Source: Octopus bimaculoides (lineage: Eukaryota). From it: a stretch of DNA of 64,000 bases. Under the pieces are notes generated by a model that was given only the letters and a program-made list of their open reading frames with translations, was not told where the DNA came from and did no database searches. Position numbers and translations under genes: made by a program. Numbering within the stretch: the first letter of the stretch is position 1; each line of letters opens with the position of its first letter. The stretch lies in contig NC_069002.1 in assembly GCF_001194135.2 (NCBI RefSeq), positions 281,436 to 345,435 of the forward strand, in the 5' to 3' direction. Below are positions 11,050 through 26,792 of the stretch, piece after piece.

Positions 11050-11874
11050 GCTTTGAAATATATATATATAATTTTAGTACAATGTAATGCTGAACTGAGA
11101 TGTAAACAGAAAAAGAGGGAAGAGTGTTTGAGAAGAAGACAAAACAGCTTTTATTTGTAAATAGTTGTCACCTTTTATTGATTTCCTTGCCATTCGAGTC
11201 TGGATTGTTATTAAAGAGATTCAACTATTTCTCTCTCTCTTTGACATTCAAGTCTTTCAGCAATTCAGGAGAATGCGTCTGGATTCATAAAATACTTTAA
11301 CGCGTACATTCTTCTCTTATCTCTCTTTAGTTTTTTTTTATTTAAATTTAAATTTTCTTCTTATCGAAGCAACAACTATGTAAGGAGGAGAAACCTGTTT
11401 GATTGGGGACACCCCCTTTTATATATAAACAAAAAAACAAACAAAAGAAGAAGAAGACAAATATATATTCTTGGAAATTCCAGCTTATAATGGATGAATG
11501 GTGATGAAGGAAAAGACAACACATTTCTATGTCTGTGGTTTATTTGAACATTCTACCTGTTCGCAATTTACCCTGTTGCTCGATCTTGAAACATTTGCCG
11601 CAGAAAACAACGGAAATAGATCCGAGAAAAGACAAGACATTTATAAGCAATCTGTGATTGTACTGTGCTTTACTTGAAGCCACTGACGGACCCAAAATGA
11701 TGCTCATATCTGGTATTTGCTGAGGTTTTGTGAAAAAGTCAGTTATATATAATGCAGGAAACACAGTATAAGAGCTTCAAAAGTAAAAGGAAAGTTTGCA
11801 AAATAGTTTTAAAAATAATTGCAGGAAAAGGAAACCTCTGAATAAATATATATATTATACACGCATACCCCAGT

Positions 11875-12087
11875 ATGTCTCTTTTTCGGAAACTTCTTGG
11901 TGGCAATGAGCCGATCAAACCAGCAACTCCACCCGGACACCAACCCATGGGGGCCCAACTTCAGCGAAAATTCGCAAAAGGAGTTCAATATAACAGTAAG
12001 TAGTCGTGTTTATTGTTCCTACACTTCTTCCTTCTCCTGTATTCTTGTTTTCTGTTGATTTCTCTTTGTGTACACACACACACACAC

Positions 12088-12154
<67 letters not shown>

Positions 12155-15100
12155 ACAAACACGCCTGCTTACTCCATTCTCACTCCTGATCTAGTTTTTT
12201 TTCTATTTTCTGTCTAAACATTTGAATGAATAAACATATTCTCATCCATCCATCCAAATATCGATCAAGATTCTATATACCAATCAAGCCATCGAGCCAT
12301 TTCTACCCCTCTACCGGCTGTCCTTAAAGTTTTAACACTGAAACCGTCACAATTCGCAGCCATCTAAATGGATATTCGAATTATCAAAAACCATATTTGT
12401 AATCACAAAATTTAATGGTGTATGGACATTTTTTTTCCATATTATGAACTGAACGTGTACATTTAGACACCTAGTGCGATAGTCTGATTATGTGTATAAA
12501 ACTGTGGTTATATATAATACACACACACACATTCAGTATACGTTATACGTTTTTTTACCTGTCGTTTGTTTATTTACAATACATTTTTTCATTTATACAT
12601 GTGTGTGTGTTCAGTTCTCTTATCTTGTTTATATTTTCAAAGTTGCAACAAACGAGTGTCCTAGTTTTCTGCTGCAGTTTCCCTTCCTTAATCATGTCAT
12701 GTTTTATTGCTGACTTGTAAAGAAGTATTCTGATTAACTGAGCAGACGAGACAAACGTGTGCCGACGGTAAACAAGTATTTTCTTAAACATGGATGGACT
12801 GGCAATCAGATAGTGGTATGTTGTGCATATCTTATCTGTGAATGATTCCCCCCCCCCTCCATACTCTAGACGTTTCACACTACAACCTTGAGGGATCATG
12901 GAAGAGTGTCTTGTTACACTGGCCCCCAAAGTTCCGTTTCTGTACAAACCAAACTCTGGTATACATGAATACCGGAAGTAGGACCTTTCCATTGATATGT
13001 CTTAGATTCTCTACCTGTCCCCACACGCTTCCAGGTGAGCTCGTTCACATTTATTAGCAGAAACAATGTCGCCGTGTTTTAAACAAGCAAACCACATTAT
13101 TTGCTGTCTATAAGAGAATATAATTCATTTTTGCGGGTGGTTTGATCTACCACCATAGTTTACAAGACTTGAGCTGTGTATGTGCTACAGTAAAATGCCA
13201 ATTGTCTTTAACATCATTGTCGGAAGAGTTTAAGGTAGCAAAAAATTCACTGCCCCACGATGCTATGGGATTTATTGGGTTTCACTGTTCGTGCGACTAA
13301 ACCAACAGTATTGACTAGAACCATATGGCGTATGAGAAAAATTGCAGAGGCTGCTGTAGAGACTCTCAAAATGAAAGGGGGTAACAGGAGATGAAATCAT
13401 GGAATTACACTGGACGAATTGTTTTCTCAGCCGAATGATAAAGGTAGCCAAAATACTGGGACCAACAAAATTCCTTGCATTAAAAAAGGGAGACATGTGA
13501 GGCAGAAGCAGCAGAATCAGGATGCTAGTAAGAACAATATAGGATCCATGTAGAGCAAGGACAGTTTGGAATACAGCTGAGCTAAGGACAGCAAGCACAG
13601 AAGACGTGGAAAATGGAATTAGCCAAATTAGGATTTCTGTGTTTACCTCCAGAAACAGTTCTGCAACCATAGGATGAATTTGCTCAGATAAAATGCTTAG
13701 TTTTGACTATTAATTTTGCCATGAAGGAAAACCATTGGGCCAGCAGATTTCCAAGATATAGCCCATCCCTCCCCCCCAGATCATCACAGATTCTTTTCCA
13801 TGTTTAACAGCTGGAAGAAAGCAGTCTGGGTCAAATGCTTCTTTTGGCTGTCTCCACATGTATATTCGGCTGGTGGTCAGAAATATGGTAAAGGATGACT
13901 CATTTGAAAAAATAACATTCTTCCACTGTTCTAGGGACCAATTCTGTGGGTTTTTACTCCACTCTAAACGCTTTGCAACAAGATTGTCTCAGAAATAAAG
14001 TATTTTGTTTCTTTTTACATGAAATATGTTTACAGAAGTGTTTAGTGTCTGTAATCAATGTGCACACACAAACAATCCCTCTTTACAAATAGACAATATT
14101 TTGAATTAAAAGAATGAAGAAAAACCATTATTCTCACAGTTTATGTTGCTAAAGTAGCTGCTATTGCTTTCATGGCTATTGTTACCTTAATTATAATCTT
14201 TAGTTTTATTGTCATTGAAATGACTATTTTAATGTGTAATTTAACTATTAGCAGGACTGTCATGTCACAGTCTAATTAAATGTAAATTGTTATAAAATGC
14301 ATTAAATTTTTCTATTTCATTGATAGTAGTTTGACAGCTTTCTTCACTGAAAACAATCAGGTCAGATTGAAGGACTTCCACAAAGGAGGAGGACCTGGTA
14401 GGAATGATTGTTTCTCAGAGCAAAGTGGGAGTGAATTTTAGACATGTTTACATGGAAGATTTACAGTAACAGTGCTAATTGCGACTGTCAAAACAAACAC
14501 ACACACACATGTATGCGTATATATAATATATACACATATGTGTATATATAATATGACACAAGGATGGAGGATATCGGGCTTTTATAGAAGATCACAACAT
14601 TTGTTTCTGCACCACCCCAACCTTTGGGCGGGCTTGTGCCCATTCTCCTTTGCTACCATGAGGCTTTGTCAGAGCTGGATTTTCTATGGGGAGCTTTCCC
14701 TTGTTTACCCCCAAGCTCAGTTTCTAGATATGAGTGGTCACAAGACCAAGGCCTCTACCACGATTTTTAAGAAATGTAATGGAAAACTAGCTCAGGAAGG
14801 CAGGGACACTACTCCCTGAGACCCCTTTCGGAGCCCCCCTACCTAAATATATATATATGATGTACCTAAGTATATATATATATATATACACACCAGGCTT
14901 TAACAAAATATGTACTGGTGTTAATTTGTTCAACTAAAGTTCTTGAAGGCAGTGTTGCCCCAGCATGACTGCAGGAATATAGGAGTTTTGCAGTCAAGAA
15001 GATACATGGCTACCTCCTCCTCAGTTGGAGGGAGAGAGAGACATAACGGATGCATTCCCTATAATGTATTATGCAAACCTGAAACATATGTATTAAATGA

Positions 15101-16439
15101 ACATGTGTGTGTCTTGCAAGCTTCTTGATGTGAAACCATGTGTTGAAACAGATATTGTTATACATGGGGATGGTCATATTTTGCCAATTAAACATACTAT
15201 AAATATATATTTATGAAAGCTTTTTCCAAAGTTAGTGAAATTGTTGCTCTGCTCAGAGAAAGTAGGAAGTTGAAGTGATTTATACAGCTTTTTATTATCA
15301 TTTTGGAAGTTCAATCCAGCGGCCGACCTAATTGAAATCAAATATTGGTATCTCAGCTGTCAGATGGAATTAGCTCTACTGTTTTCACAGAATTAACCAA
15401 CTGTGGTAATACTGCTTACCATTTATTGATCAATGAAGATGCCAACTGTGGTATTTCTTTTTTATTAGTTTTTCAGAAAGACATACGTTGCAGAGCATTG
15501 CATATTTTAGGTCATTGTCACTGTTTATTTTATTTAGTTTCATGGTTTTTAGCCTGTTTTCCGTATGCTTAGAAAGAAGAAAGACTTGTTGAGAAAAAAT
15601 GGTTAAAGATAGGCTGTGTACCAAAGTTTGAAAGCAGTATTTAGTTCCATCTTCACTAGTGTTGTTAAACTGGTGAGAGGTGAATTTCTCTAACTCTAAC
15701 TTTCCTTGAAGTATTGGATCTGTTAACCAGTGGCCAATGAAACTGAACTATTTAATGATATATCATTTCCTATACTGTTAACATCTCTATTACCATCTTA
15801 GCTCTTCAACTATTTCACTTCTTTAATCATCTTACTAGCCATCTTCTCTCACTCGTCATCTCACCTCTAAACCATATCATTCTCATAAACCTCTCCTCTT
15901 TAACCTTCTATAACATCATTTGAGACACCTTATCTCACAAGCCATACCTTCTCTATTGCATCTCTCTTCTATGACCCTTTTACTCACCTTACCCTAATTA
16001 ATCATCATTAGTCTGCATATTCACCCTGTTTCGATAACTGTCTCCCATTCTAGAACTTTCATCTTTCTGTCTATTTCGCCTCCACAGCCACTTCCCCTCC
16101 ATAAGCTTCTCACTAAAGACAAGCACCAAAAAGTAAATGGTAATCTGGCAGCAGAATAGGTTATTAGCCAGGTTCTACCTTGGTCTACAATGATTTCACT
16201 GACTCTGTTAACGCCCTCGGGGAAATGCATGACTGTAACGCCGTCCATTCTTTATTCTGATGTCAACAGGAAAAGGTTGACTCCCCACTCACAGACATCT
16301 CCGAAATAATTGAGTCTGTTTATTGATCTGATGTCAGAGATGGAGGTTTCTTTAAACATTTTTGTTATCAGATATTTCACAAGCAATAATGAATATATAT
16401 ATATAGGAACTGTGTGTGTGTGTGAGAGAGAGAGAGAGA

Positions 16440-16472
<33 letters not shown>

Positions 16473-16491
16473 TGTGTGTGANNNNNNNNNN

Positions 16492-16523
<32 letters not shown>

Positions 16524-19500
16524 TGTGTGTGAATGCATTGAAGGTATGTAAAAGTGAGGGTGAAGATATCAGCATGTGTGAGAGAGAGAGAGTAACGCTC
16601 CGTTCAGTGTTTATTGCCTTCTCACTCATCTTCAATCTCATTTAAATTATTCCCTCACAAGACCTCACTTTCTATTGGACAGTAATTATCAGTGAGACTG
16701 GCACCACTCACACACCAGACACCACATGACATGCTTCATCTTCTTGAACAACTGCTTGCTCTCTCTCTCTTTCTCTCTCTATCTCTCTCTCTCTCTCTTT
16801 CTTTCTCTCTCTCTCTTTCAATTTTTCCAATATCTTCCTCTCTTTTTTGTTACATTTCAGTTAACACCTACGTATGTTGTTTGTTATGTAGCCTGGGATG
16901 GGGAGAAGTTCAGTCCCAAAGACATTCTATCCATGACTATCCTCTCTCTCTCTCCCCTCCAATGCATCTCTCTGTGACTGAAGGGACACATTAGAGACGT
17001 TTATCCAGTTCAGCTGTTATTTAGAGTGGCCTTTTGATCCCAACCTCCACCCATGACTATCCCTGTTCCTGTTTTGATGTGATTGAAATTAAAATTTCCC
17101 ATCTTCCTGGTACTTATTCTATCGCTCCCTTTCATTGAACCACTAAGTTATGGGGATGTAAACACCAACACTGGTTGTCAAGCAGTGATGGGGGACAACC
17201 ACAGACATGAAGACACACACACACACATATATATAACAGGCTTCTTTCATTTTCCGTCTACCAAATCTACCCACAAGGCTTTGGTCAGCCTGAGGTTATA
17301 GTAGAAGACACTGGCCCAAGGTGACATGCAATGGGACTGAACCGAGAGCTACTTATTAACTTATTTTTAAAAAAAAGTTATGGCTAGGACAATTTTGGCC
17401 ACAACTCTGCAGGATCAGACCTGACCTGGGGCTAAACAGCAACATGATTCAAAAAGGGAGTCCTTTACACAGACACTCAACCTGTTAGAAATAGCAGCTA
17501 CATCTACTGTCAAATCAAATGTTTGTGTAGTTTTTAATTTTTTCTAATTAAAAAATGTAACAAAGTCATATTAGATAACATAGTCTCGTCCTAAAAGCCT
17601 TGCTTGAAATAAAGATGGGATGGTCATGGCTTGATTGTCTTTGATCACATCTGCTTCTTCAGAGCTCATTTGAGGCTAAACACCACCACCACCACCATCG
17701 TTATGGTTTCTCTATTTTTTTCATTGTCTGTTGTACCGGGGTAGTGAGTGAGTTGTTGCATAAATTCTTTACCACAGTCAATGCCTTGAATCTAGAATGC
17801 ATCTTTCGTTTTTTGTACGCTCGTTGCAGAGTACACTTGTAGTAAACTTGAAATTATTTCATATCTTCTGATGATTCTGCGTTGCTAAGCACTCCTGATG
17901 GCCTCCTTTATCTCTCAGACCAGACCATATCTGTAGAATTAGCACCAGATCAATACAGTCAGCATTTACTAAACAAAACACAAACCAAACGTAATATGTA
18001 TGTAACATCTCATCAGTTGTTAGGGTTCGTTAGGGTCTCTGAGAGGGTTTTTGTCTTTTGTCTTTTTTATTTTTTTTTATTTTACCATTAAAAAAAATAA
18101 CTGAGTCATCAAATGTATTTTAATGGAAAGTCTACTTTGTCGCCAGCATATGTATATGTGTGTGTATATGTGTGCATGTATGTGTGTGTAAAACCCATGC
18201 AACATGGAATACAGATGCTAAATGACGATGAATAATATATCATCATCATCATCATCATCATTTAACGTCCGNNNNNNNNNNCTAACGCCAACCACTCAGA
18301 GAGTGTGCCATGTGCAGAGAGAGAGAGAGAGAGAAAGAGAGATCCATACAATATACATTCAAACATGCATTCATAGATCTTTCTATTTCTCTGTCTTAAC
18401 ACCTATTCCTTCTTCAGGGATTGAGTACTCTTTCCTTTTTTTTTATAGCTGTCAGCCTTGTTCACATGAACAAAATAGAATAACTTTTGCATTTTGTTAG
18501 AGATACTGTAAGAGTATTCAATACCTCAAGAAGTAGAGTGGGTTATGATGGATAGACGAATAGATACATGTATCAATTTGTGTGTGTGTATACATACATA
18601 CACTCATCTTCATCATTTAACATCCATGGTCGATGCTGGCCTGGGCTGGATGATTCTACCAGATCCAATACATCTAATAAGCACCGGATTGTTTCTGCTT
18701 TGGCATGGTTTCTATGGTCGGATGCCTTTCCTAATGCCAGCCACTTTAGAGAGTGTACTTGGTGCTTTTCTCATGCCACTAGCATCACCATACAGCTTGT
18801 GAAACCCAAGGGGAGGGAGCCTTATGCTAATAGATATGATGGTTAAAGTATGAAAAAAGCAGGTGAAAAGAGCTAATATAAAACATAACATACACTATAC
18901 CAGAAGTTGGTGGCTTTCTCTGTTGCCATATGTGCCAGATGATGAAGTTACAGAAATAGTAAGGTGCTGTTAGACCCACCCAACCCATACCACCATGGAA
19001 GAAGAATAAAATGACAGACATAAATGTTGATGTCTTTTCATCTACCAAACTCCAGTCAAAGAATTTGGTTGATCTGAAGCTATGGTACAAGACACTTGTA
19101 CCATGGTTTGGCTGGGTGATATTGAAACTGGAAACATGGAGTTGTAAAGCAAACTTCTTAACCATAGAGCCACATTCAGGTGTGGATGTATGTATGTGTG
19201 TGTATGTGTGTATTCAGTCGTTATTAGTTAATATTTAAAATTAGAACCTGTGAGAGTTGTCTCTTCAAACAAGAAAATTTTGTTTACATTATGGTTATGT
19301 CATTATTTAAAGAGAGTAAAATCTACGCAGAAATATACTGCTCGTATGTTCTGTGTGTGTGTGTGTACTCACAGACATGCATACAACCTTGGACACATAC
19401 ACACCACTTGAGAAACTGTTAGTGTTGGAACTGCATCAAGAGCCCTCTACACAGTAGACCTGCTATTCACAAACACTTCTTCCCACTTCATCTTTTATCC

Positions 19501-21248
19501 AGCCCATGTTTGTTTGTTTGTTTGTCAGACGTTTGCTTTGTAAAGCTTTCTGTTCTATTTTTAAGTTGATAGCTTTTTTATGTCAACTTGTTTATTATGA
19601 TGGTGATGATGCTTCTTAACTCAAGTTTTTTTGCAACTTATCATTATTATTATTATTAAGGTTGCGAGCTGGCAGAATCATGCTGCAAAATATGCTTCAC
19701 ACATTTTCCCCGACTTTACATTCTGAGTTCAAATTCTACCAAGGTCGACTTTGCCTTTGGTGTCCTTTCTGCATCAATAAAATGTGTAGCAGTTGAGTAC
19801 TGCAGTTGACGCATACCCCCTCCCCCAAATTTCATGCACACACACACACACTATTCAAAATATTGATGGCGATTACAATTTTGAAATATTTAATATCTCT
19901 TCATGACAGATCTTTTGAACAACAGAGGAACACATGAAGTGCTAAACATTGGTTATGAGAGAGAGAGAGAGTGTGTGTGTGTGTGTGTGTGACTGATTTA
20001 GAACTGTGAGTGATACCTGCTGACATTTTTCCTTTGTTCAATTCAGGAATTTTAATCCATAGATGTCAGTCTGTGACCTAATTTACTGCCCATTGTGATT
20101 ACACTTAATTATATTTACCAGTGTTTGTACTGTTTCTAGTCTGCATAAAAATACTGATTTATACTTTGTTTTTGTTTACGCCTGCAATACACCCCCCCTC
20201 TCACTTTGTTATTTTTACAGTGATTTTCATGTCAACACTTCACCTGTAACATCTGCTTGGAAAGCATTCATTTTATATAAAATACTGTGTTTGCGAAGAC
20301 CTGTTGAGTGAAGTGAAGTCATTGTTGTGGCTGATGACAGCGCTGCCTCATTGGCACCCGTGCCACATAAAAAGCGCCATTCGAGCGTGGTCGATGCCAG
20401 TGCCACCTGACTGGCCCCCATGCTGGTGCCACATAAAAAGCACCCGCTACACTCGAGCCGACCAAATCCTTGTGAGTGGATTTGGTAGATGGAAACTGAA
20501 AGAAGCCTGTTGTATATATATGTATGTGTGTGTTTGTATTTCTGTGTCTGTCTCCCCGACCATCACTTGGCATTCGATGTTGGTGTGTTTACGTCCACGT
20601 AACTTAGCAGTTCGGCTAAGAGACCGATAGAATAAGTACTAGACTAACTGGTGTCAATTTTTATACTTTTTGTTCTTTCAGTGAAGATTGTGATCCGTGG
20701 TGATCGAAACGTTGGTAAGACATGTTTGTTCTACCGACTGCAAGGAATGAAGTTTCGCGAAGAATATATTCCAACCGATGAGATCCAGGTAACCTTCCTT
20801 CCTTATACATTTGTGGCATTTTCATTCTAAATAATAATATAACCCTTTCCTGGGCTGTATTTCTAAAGAATTGGTCTGGCCCTTAAGTTAAGTTCTCTTC
20901 CAGCTTATAGAAGTGAATGGGGATGGTCATGGTTGGAATGCTTTTGATCATTTTTGCTCATTCAGGATTAACCTTAACAAACAAGCAAATACGATCGGGT
21001 CTTTTATTTTCCCTTCTTTTAATCCTTTCTTTTATCTTTCATCTTTTATTTGTTTCACTCATTTGACTGCGGCCATGCTGGGGCAGCACTGCCTTGAAAA
21101 ATTTTAGTTGAACAAAGGACTTATTTTAAGCCTAGTACTTATTCTATTGGTCTCTTTTGCCAAAATGCTAAGTTAGAGGAACATAAACAAAACATCACCA
21201 GTTGTTAAATGGTGGTGAGAGACAAACACAGACACAAAGGCACACACA

Positions 21249-21288
<40 letters not shown>

Positions 21289-24200
21289 TAGATGTGCACA
21301 TATGTACAACGACGGCCTTCCTTCAGTTTTTGTCTACCAAATCCACTCACAAGGCTTTGGTCGGCCTGAAGCTATAGTAGAAGATACTTTCCCAAGGTGT
21401 CACACAATAGTACCAAACCCAGAACCATGTGGTTGAGAAGCTAATTCCTTTCCACACAGCCACTCCTGTGCCTTTATTCAGTTATTCAAGTCTATCATTG
21501 ATCCTTTTATGGGGTTGTCTCTCAGAGAATGAAAATATTAAGCCCACCTTTGCATTCGTTTGTGTAGAACTGCTAAGAGTTAGTCATTTATGTACTCTCA
21601 ACTAGTTGGCCATCACCATTACTAAACAGCTAATCAGTCACATACTCTCAGCTTGTTTGCCATCACCACCATCACTAAGCCCTTGTAACTTGTTCCTTAA
21701 GTCCTTTGGCCAAAGCTTCTTGTTCAAATAGCTTTCATTTTATGGCCATCTGTTTCAGCAGTGTTGATGTAAGGATTATCATGGGGAACGTATAATCCTT
21801 ACTCAGTATTTAAGACCCTTGGGATTAGTCTGAATTTATATTCCTTTATTAGCAGTTTAACACAACAACCTCATTCATTGATTTTATTTAAGGTTTGTGG
21901 TTTTGCTGCTTGTTTCTGATACAACTTACTTCTGTATTATGGAATAAACTAACAGTTAAGGTTTCCAATGTAAAGTGCCATGAGGGCGTTCGTTTGTTGA
22001 TTTAGCAGCTGAGAGGTTTGTTTTTTGTTCATGACAGCATTTGGCTTCAATGGAGAGATATTTACGGTAGAATTTTGTGTTTGGATGATCTTCCTGTTGC
22101 CAACCCTTATCTAATTTTCAGGCAAAGGATTTTTTTTTATTCAAGAGATCTTTGTAGGCATGGAATAACCAGTCATAATGTCAGTGTTCATGCACGTATG
22201 TACACAAACAGGTGTGACTGTGTGGTAAGAAGTTTGCTTCCCAACCACGTGGTTCTAAGTTCAGTCCCACTGCATGGCACCTTTGCTAGATCCTGGACTG
22301 ACTTGAAGGTAAACAACTTGTAACAGACTAAATAACATACTGTACGGTGGATTTGAACCTTGAACTACGTGGTTGTGAAGCAAATTTAACCACATGGCCA
22401 TGCCTGTACCTATATGTTGCTCACAAATGCTCAACTGGTTTGTAGTAATTAATTTGAATTGATCTGTTTTTGTTTCTGTTGCAGGTGACCAGTATCCAGT
22501 GGAATTATAAAGCTACGGATGATGTTGTTAAAGTTGAAGTTTGGGATGTTGTCGACAAGGGAAAGAAAAGGAAAAAAATTGAAGGTTTAAAAATGGAAAA
22601 TGTTGATCAGGTACAAAAAAATTGCTTGTATTTATTTTATTATTTGCATAGGTGCAGGCATGGCTGTGTGGTTAAGAAGTTTGCTTCAGAACTGCATAGC
22701 TTGGGGTTCACTCCCACTGCAGAGCTGCTATATATACATTGTGTATGTGGCAGGGGGCACACACTAACTTAACCCTTTAGCTTTCAGATTGCTCTGTCAA
22801 ATGTAAATCTTCTTTATTCTTATTTCTTCAAGTTAATCATCCATTATCTGGTAACTTCAAGATCTTAATGATCTGATAGTTTATTCTTAGAATGACATTG
22901 TAGGATAGGTGTGAGAGGCCAGATCTGTCTGGCCTGAACACAAAACAAGAAGTTGAATATTTGGGTTTACATGTTAAAAGGGTTAAAAGCTGTGTCGATG
23001 CCTACTTTTTCTTGGTGTTTCTTGATACATCTGATCTATTTTGCTCTTTACTTCAGAATATGGAAGACCATTGTCTCGATGCTGAATTTGTAGATGTTTA
23101 CAAAGGTACAAACGGAGTTATCATGGTATATGATGTCACAAAACAATGGTAAATCATATAACATACATAATGTATTTACATATAAATATATATATATATA
23201 TATGATGATGATGATGTGTGTGTGTATGGGTGAGTGCATGTGCATCTGTTATTTGTTGAGGTGTGCCAGGGACACATAAAAGACACCCAGTGCCACGCTG
23301 TAAAGTGGTTGGCATTAGGAAGGGCATCCAGCCGTAGAAACTAAGCCAAAACAAACTGGAGCCTTGTGCAGCTCTCTGGCTTACTAGTTCCAGTCAAACC
23401 ATCTGAGCCATGCCAGCCTAGAAAACAGATGCTAAATGATGATGATGATGATGATGATGTTGTAGCATGATACTGCCATGTGGGGGAAGCTTATATTTTT
23501 TAAAGAAAAGAAAAATGCTAATTTGGGTTAAACATGTCAAAACAAGGAGACACAAATGCTCGCACTCTGTAAAGAAGGTTGTTGGCATTAGAAAGGGCTT
23601 CCAGCCATAGAAACCCTTCCAAAGCAGACATTGGAGCATGATGAAAAGAGCTGGAAGAAATGTCACTAAACAATTTTCATTAATACGCTAACGATGCTCC
23701 TGCTCACCATTTTAATGATGATAATAATAATAATAATAATTCTTTCTGCCAAAGGCACAGGACCTGATATTTATGGAGAGGAGCAAGTATTTGACTGGTA
23801 CTGACTTTATTAATCCCAAAAGGATGAAAGGTGCAGTTGGCCGCAGTGGAATTTGAACCCAAAATATCGAGCTGAAAGAAATGCTGCTAAGTGTTTTGTC
23901 TAATGTGTTAATTCATTCTGCTAGTTCAGTCCCATTTTGCATTAATTTAATTATAATTAGCTTCTTGTATACAGTGCTCTGTTGGGGGTGGAGGTGTATG
24001 TGTTTGTATGTCTTTTATTTGTATTTACTTGAAAATGGGAGGATAACCAAAATATTCATTTTCTTCTGTTTTCTATTGTTTTTTCAAGGACTTTCAGTTA
24101 TGTTGAGCGTGAACTTGGTAAAATCCCAAGCCAAATCCCTGTTCTGGTGTTGGGAAACCACAGAGACATGGGACACCATCGTGTTGTCTTAGAAGATAAA

Positions 24201-25855
24201 GCTATTTATTTCATAGAAAGTTTAGACAGGTAAAGAGAAATGGTTTGCTTTTAGTTTCTTTGTTGTTGTTGTTGTTGTTGATATTTCAGCATTGGTTTAT
24301 TCTTTGACTTGTTGTCCAAGTCATTGGATGGTGGCCCTGCTGGGGCACCTCTTTCGGGCTTCATCAATTGTATCATGCACAAAACTTATTTCTGTCTGAT
24401 AATATATAATTAGAAATTTAAAATCAAAGCTATATATATATACTTTTGTTGTTTTAAAACAAGTATCTTCTTTTTTATAGAGGTAAAGATGCGGCCCAAA
24501 TACGATATGCTGAGTCTTCCATGAGAAATGGATATGGTCTAAAGTACTTACATAAATTCTTTAACTTACCATTCCTTCAATTACAAGTAAGTACATGAAA
24601 GAGAGTTCATTGATGCTTCTTAACCATACTTGAGCCTCTGTGTGTGTCTTTGTGTGTATACTTCTGTGTGTGTGTGTGTTCTCTGTTTTAGCCATCGCAG
24701 CTACGACCATACTGGAATGCTGCATTAACCTTGTTTGGAGGGGTTTTCTTTTTTGATTTGTTTTGGGGGGGTGGTTTATGGATTTACTTGTTACTGAGTA
24801 GCTCTGACCACTACCACAAACACCACCACCAATAACTCACTGTTCTCTGCACCATCTTTTAGTGGAGTCGAAGACACAGGCTAGATATATGTCGCTGTTG
24901 TGGCAAGTGTCTTCTGCTATAGATCCATGTCAACCAAAGTTGGTAGATGGGAGATGAAGGAAGCCAGCCTCTTGTGTGTGTGTGTGTGTCTGTTCAATGA
25001 GAAACACAAGCTATGAGCAGTAGTGTTGTCATTTCTGTCAACAACTCATTTCATGCCTTCAAAGATAAAACTCCCTTCCCTGAAAGAAAGAGAATGCTTA
25101 CTGACAATAACTGCATCTAGTTAATGCTAGTATGAGAGAATGGACCTGAAAGGAACAAATGAATGCGTGTTTGTGTGTGGATTTCTGTATCTGTATATAT
25201 TGTGGTGTGTATGTTTACATGCAATGTTGAAACTGAGACAATGCAGCATTGCCCAAGCGCTAACTTTATTCTTTCCATTCGAGCAAGGCCATATTTGCTC
25301 TTGCACACTTCCATACACCATCACTTGCTCACTCCCGTATACTTACTTGTGTGTATGCACGCATATATATATTTATACACACACTCTTGTAAGTACCATT
25401 TTCTTCATTCTTACACAGAGGGTCACTTTGCTGAAGCAGCTGGAGATCAATTCAGAAGATATTCGCTCCACAATTGAAGAACTCAATATCCATGAAGAAT
25501 CAGAAGAGCAAAACTATGATATGTTAGTATTTCTTCTTTCTCAGGCAAAAAAAAAAATTTAAAAAAAAAACAAATTTATCTTTGAGGTTTTGATTTCGAT
25601 ATCTTTGAACCATAAAATGTTGCAATATCAGCTTGTAACACCTTGTAACACCAAAGATGACCTGAAGGCAAGGACTATGACCGTCCAGAAGAGTTGCAGG
25701 AGATTTTGAAACCAATGGCGATTTTATTGAATTAATTTACTCTTTAGTATTTCAAGATATTTTTATGTAATTTTGGTAAATATATCTGTTAAAATGAAAT
25801 GTTAGTGTTATTTTCATTTTTGTGTAATTTAGACAACAATTTATTCACCATATCC

Positions 25856-25894
<39 letters not shown>

Positions 25895-26757
25895 CTGAGT
25901 TAGATACATACATACGTATCCATCCATCCATTCCTTACTTCAGTTAGATAAAGTGTAACTCCTGCGTCTTCTACTATTGTTGATCACATGACAGTTCCTT
26001 TAGTTTTAATTGTTTCCTTCCAATTCCAGATTTATAGATAACCTCTGTGCCCAGCGGCGACAACAACAAGAAAAGCTAGCTGAGAAAATTATGGAAGAAG
26101 CCAAACAAAGGCAGGCTGAGTTAGCTGCCTCTGGCGTCATAACAAATGGGACAACATCACAGCCTGGTAAGTGAAATTGGACATACAAGGTGCATTCCAG
26201 AAGTTTTGAGACTGTTTTCAGAGTAGTTCAGTAACTCTCAGCAGTTATTGTAGTGTTACTGTGCATCTAATAAGCTGACCTGCCAGCTTTTGTTATTCCA
26301 GATTGAAAGGAGACAGTTGTAACAGGCACATCCTGCTAAACACTGCTTGTCACAGTTGTTAGCAGAATGCAGAGTGTGAAGACAATTAGGAAACTTGTTA
26401 TGCAATGAAGTCTTCTTGGGTTAAATTGGGCAAAAATGCTACAGAAACTTATTAAATGCGCCTGATCGCTTATGGATTAACTTGTATGAACCAAGCATAT
26501 GTTTCACTGGCACAAGAGCCTTTTCTTGACATCATGTGATGGTTGTAAATGAACATGACCATCATACTTGTGGGGTTGTTTGCTTCCAGTTTTCCATGAG
26601 AAATATATCTGGTCATGAGGAAACAGGAAGGGACTCTAATTGTAGAAAATCTGCTGCAACAACTTCCATTTGACCCATGCATGCATCAAAAAATGAATGT
26701 TGAAGGGACTTATCATCTCCCACTGAAATAGTTGACCTTGCACTCAAATTACAAAGA

Positions 26758-26792
<35 letters not shown>

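Noticed and set aside
22215-22760. tRNA genes
   Set aside because: A- and B-box-like heads run into SINE bodies and give no complete cloverleaf; the same holds for all other heads in the window.
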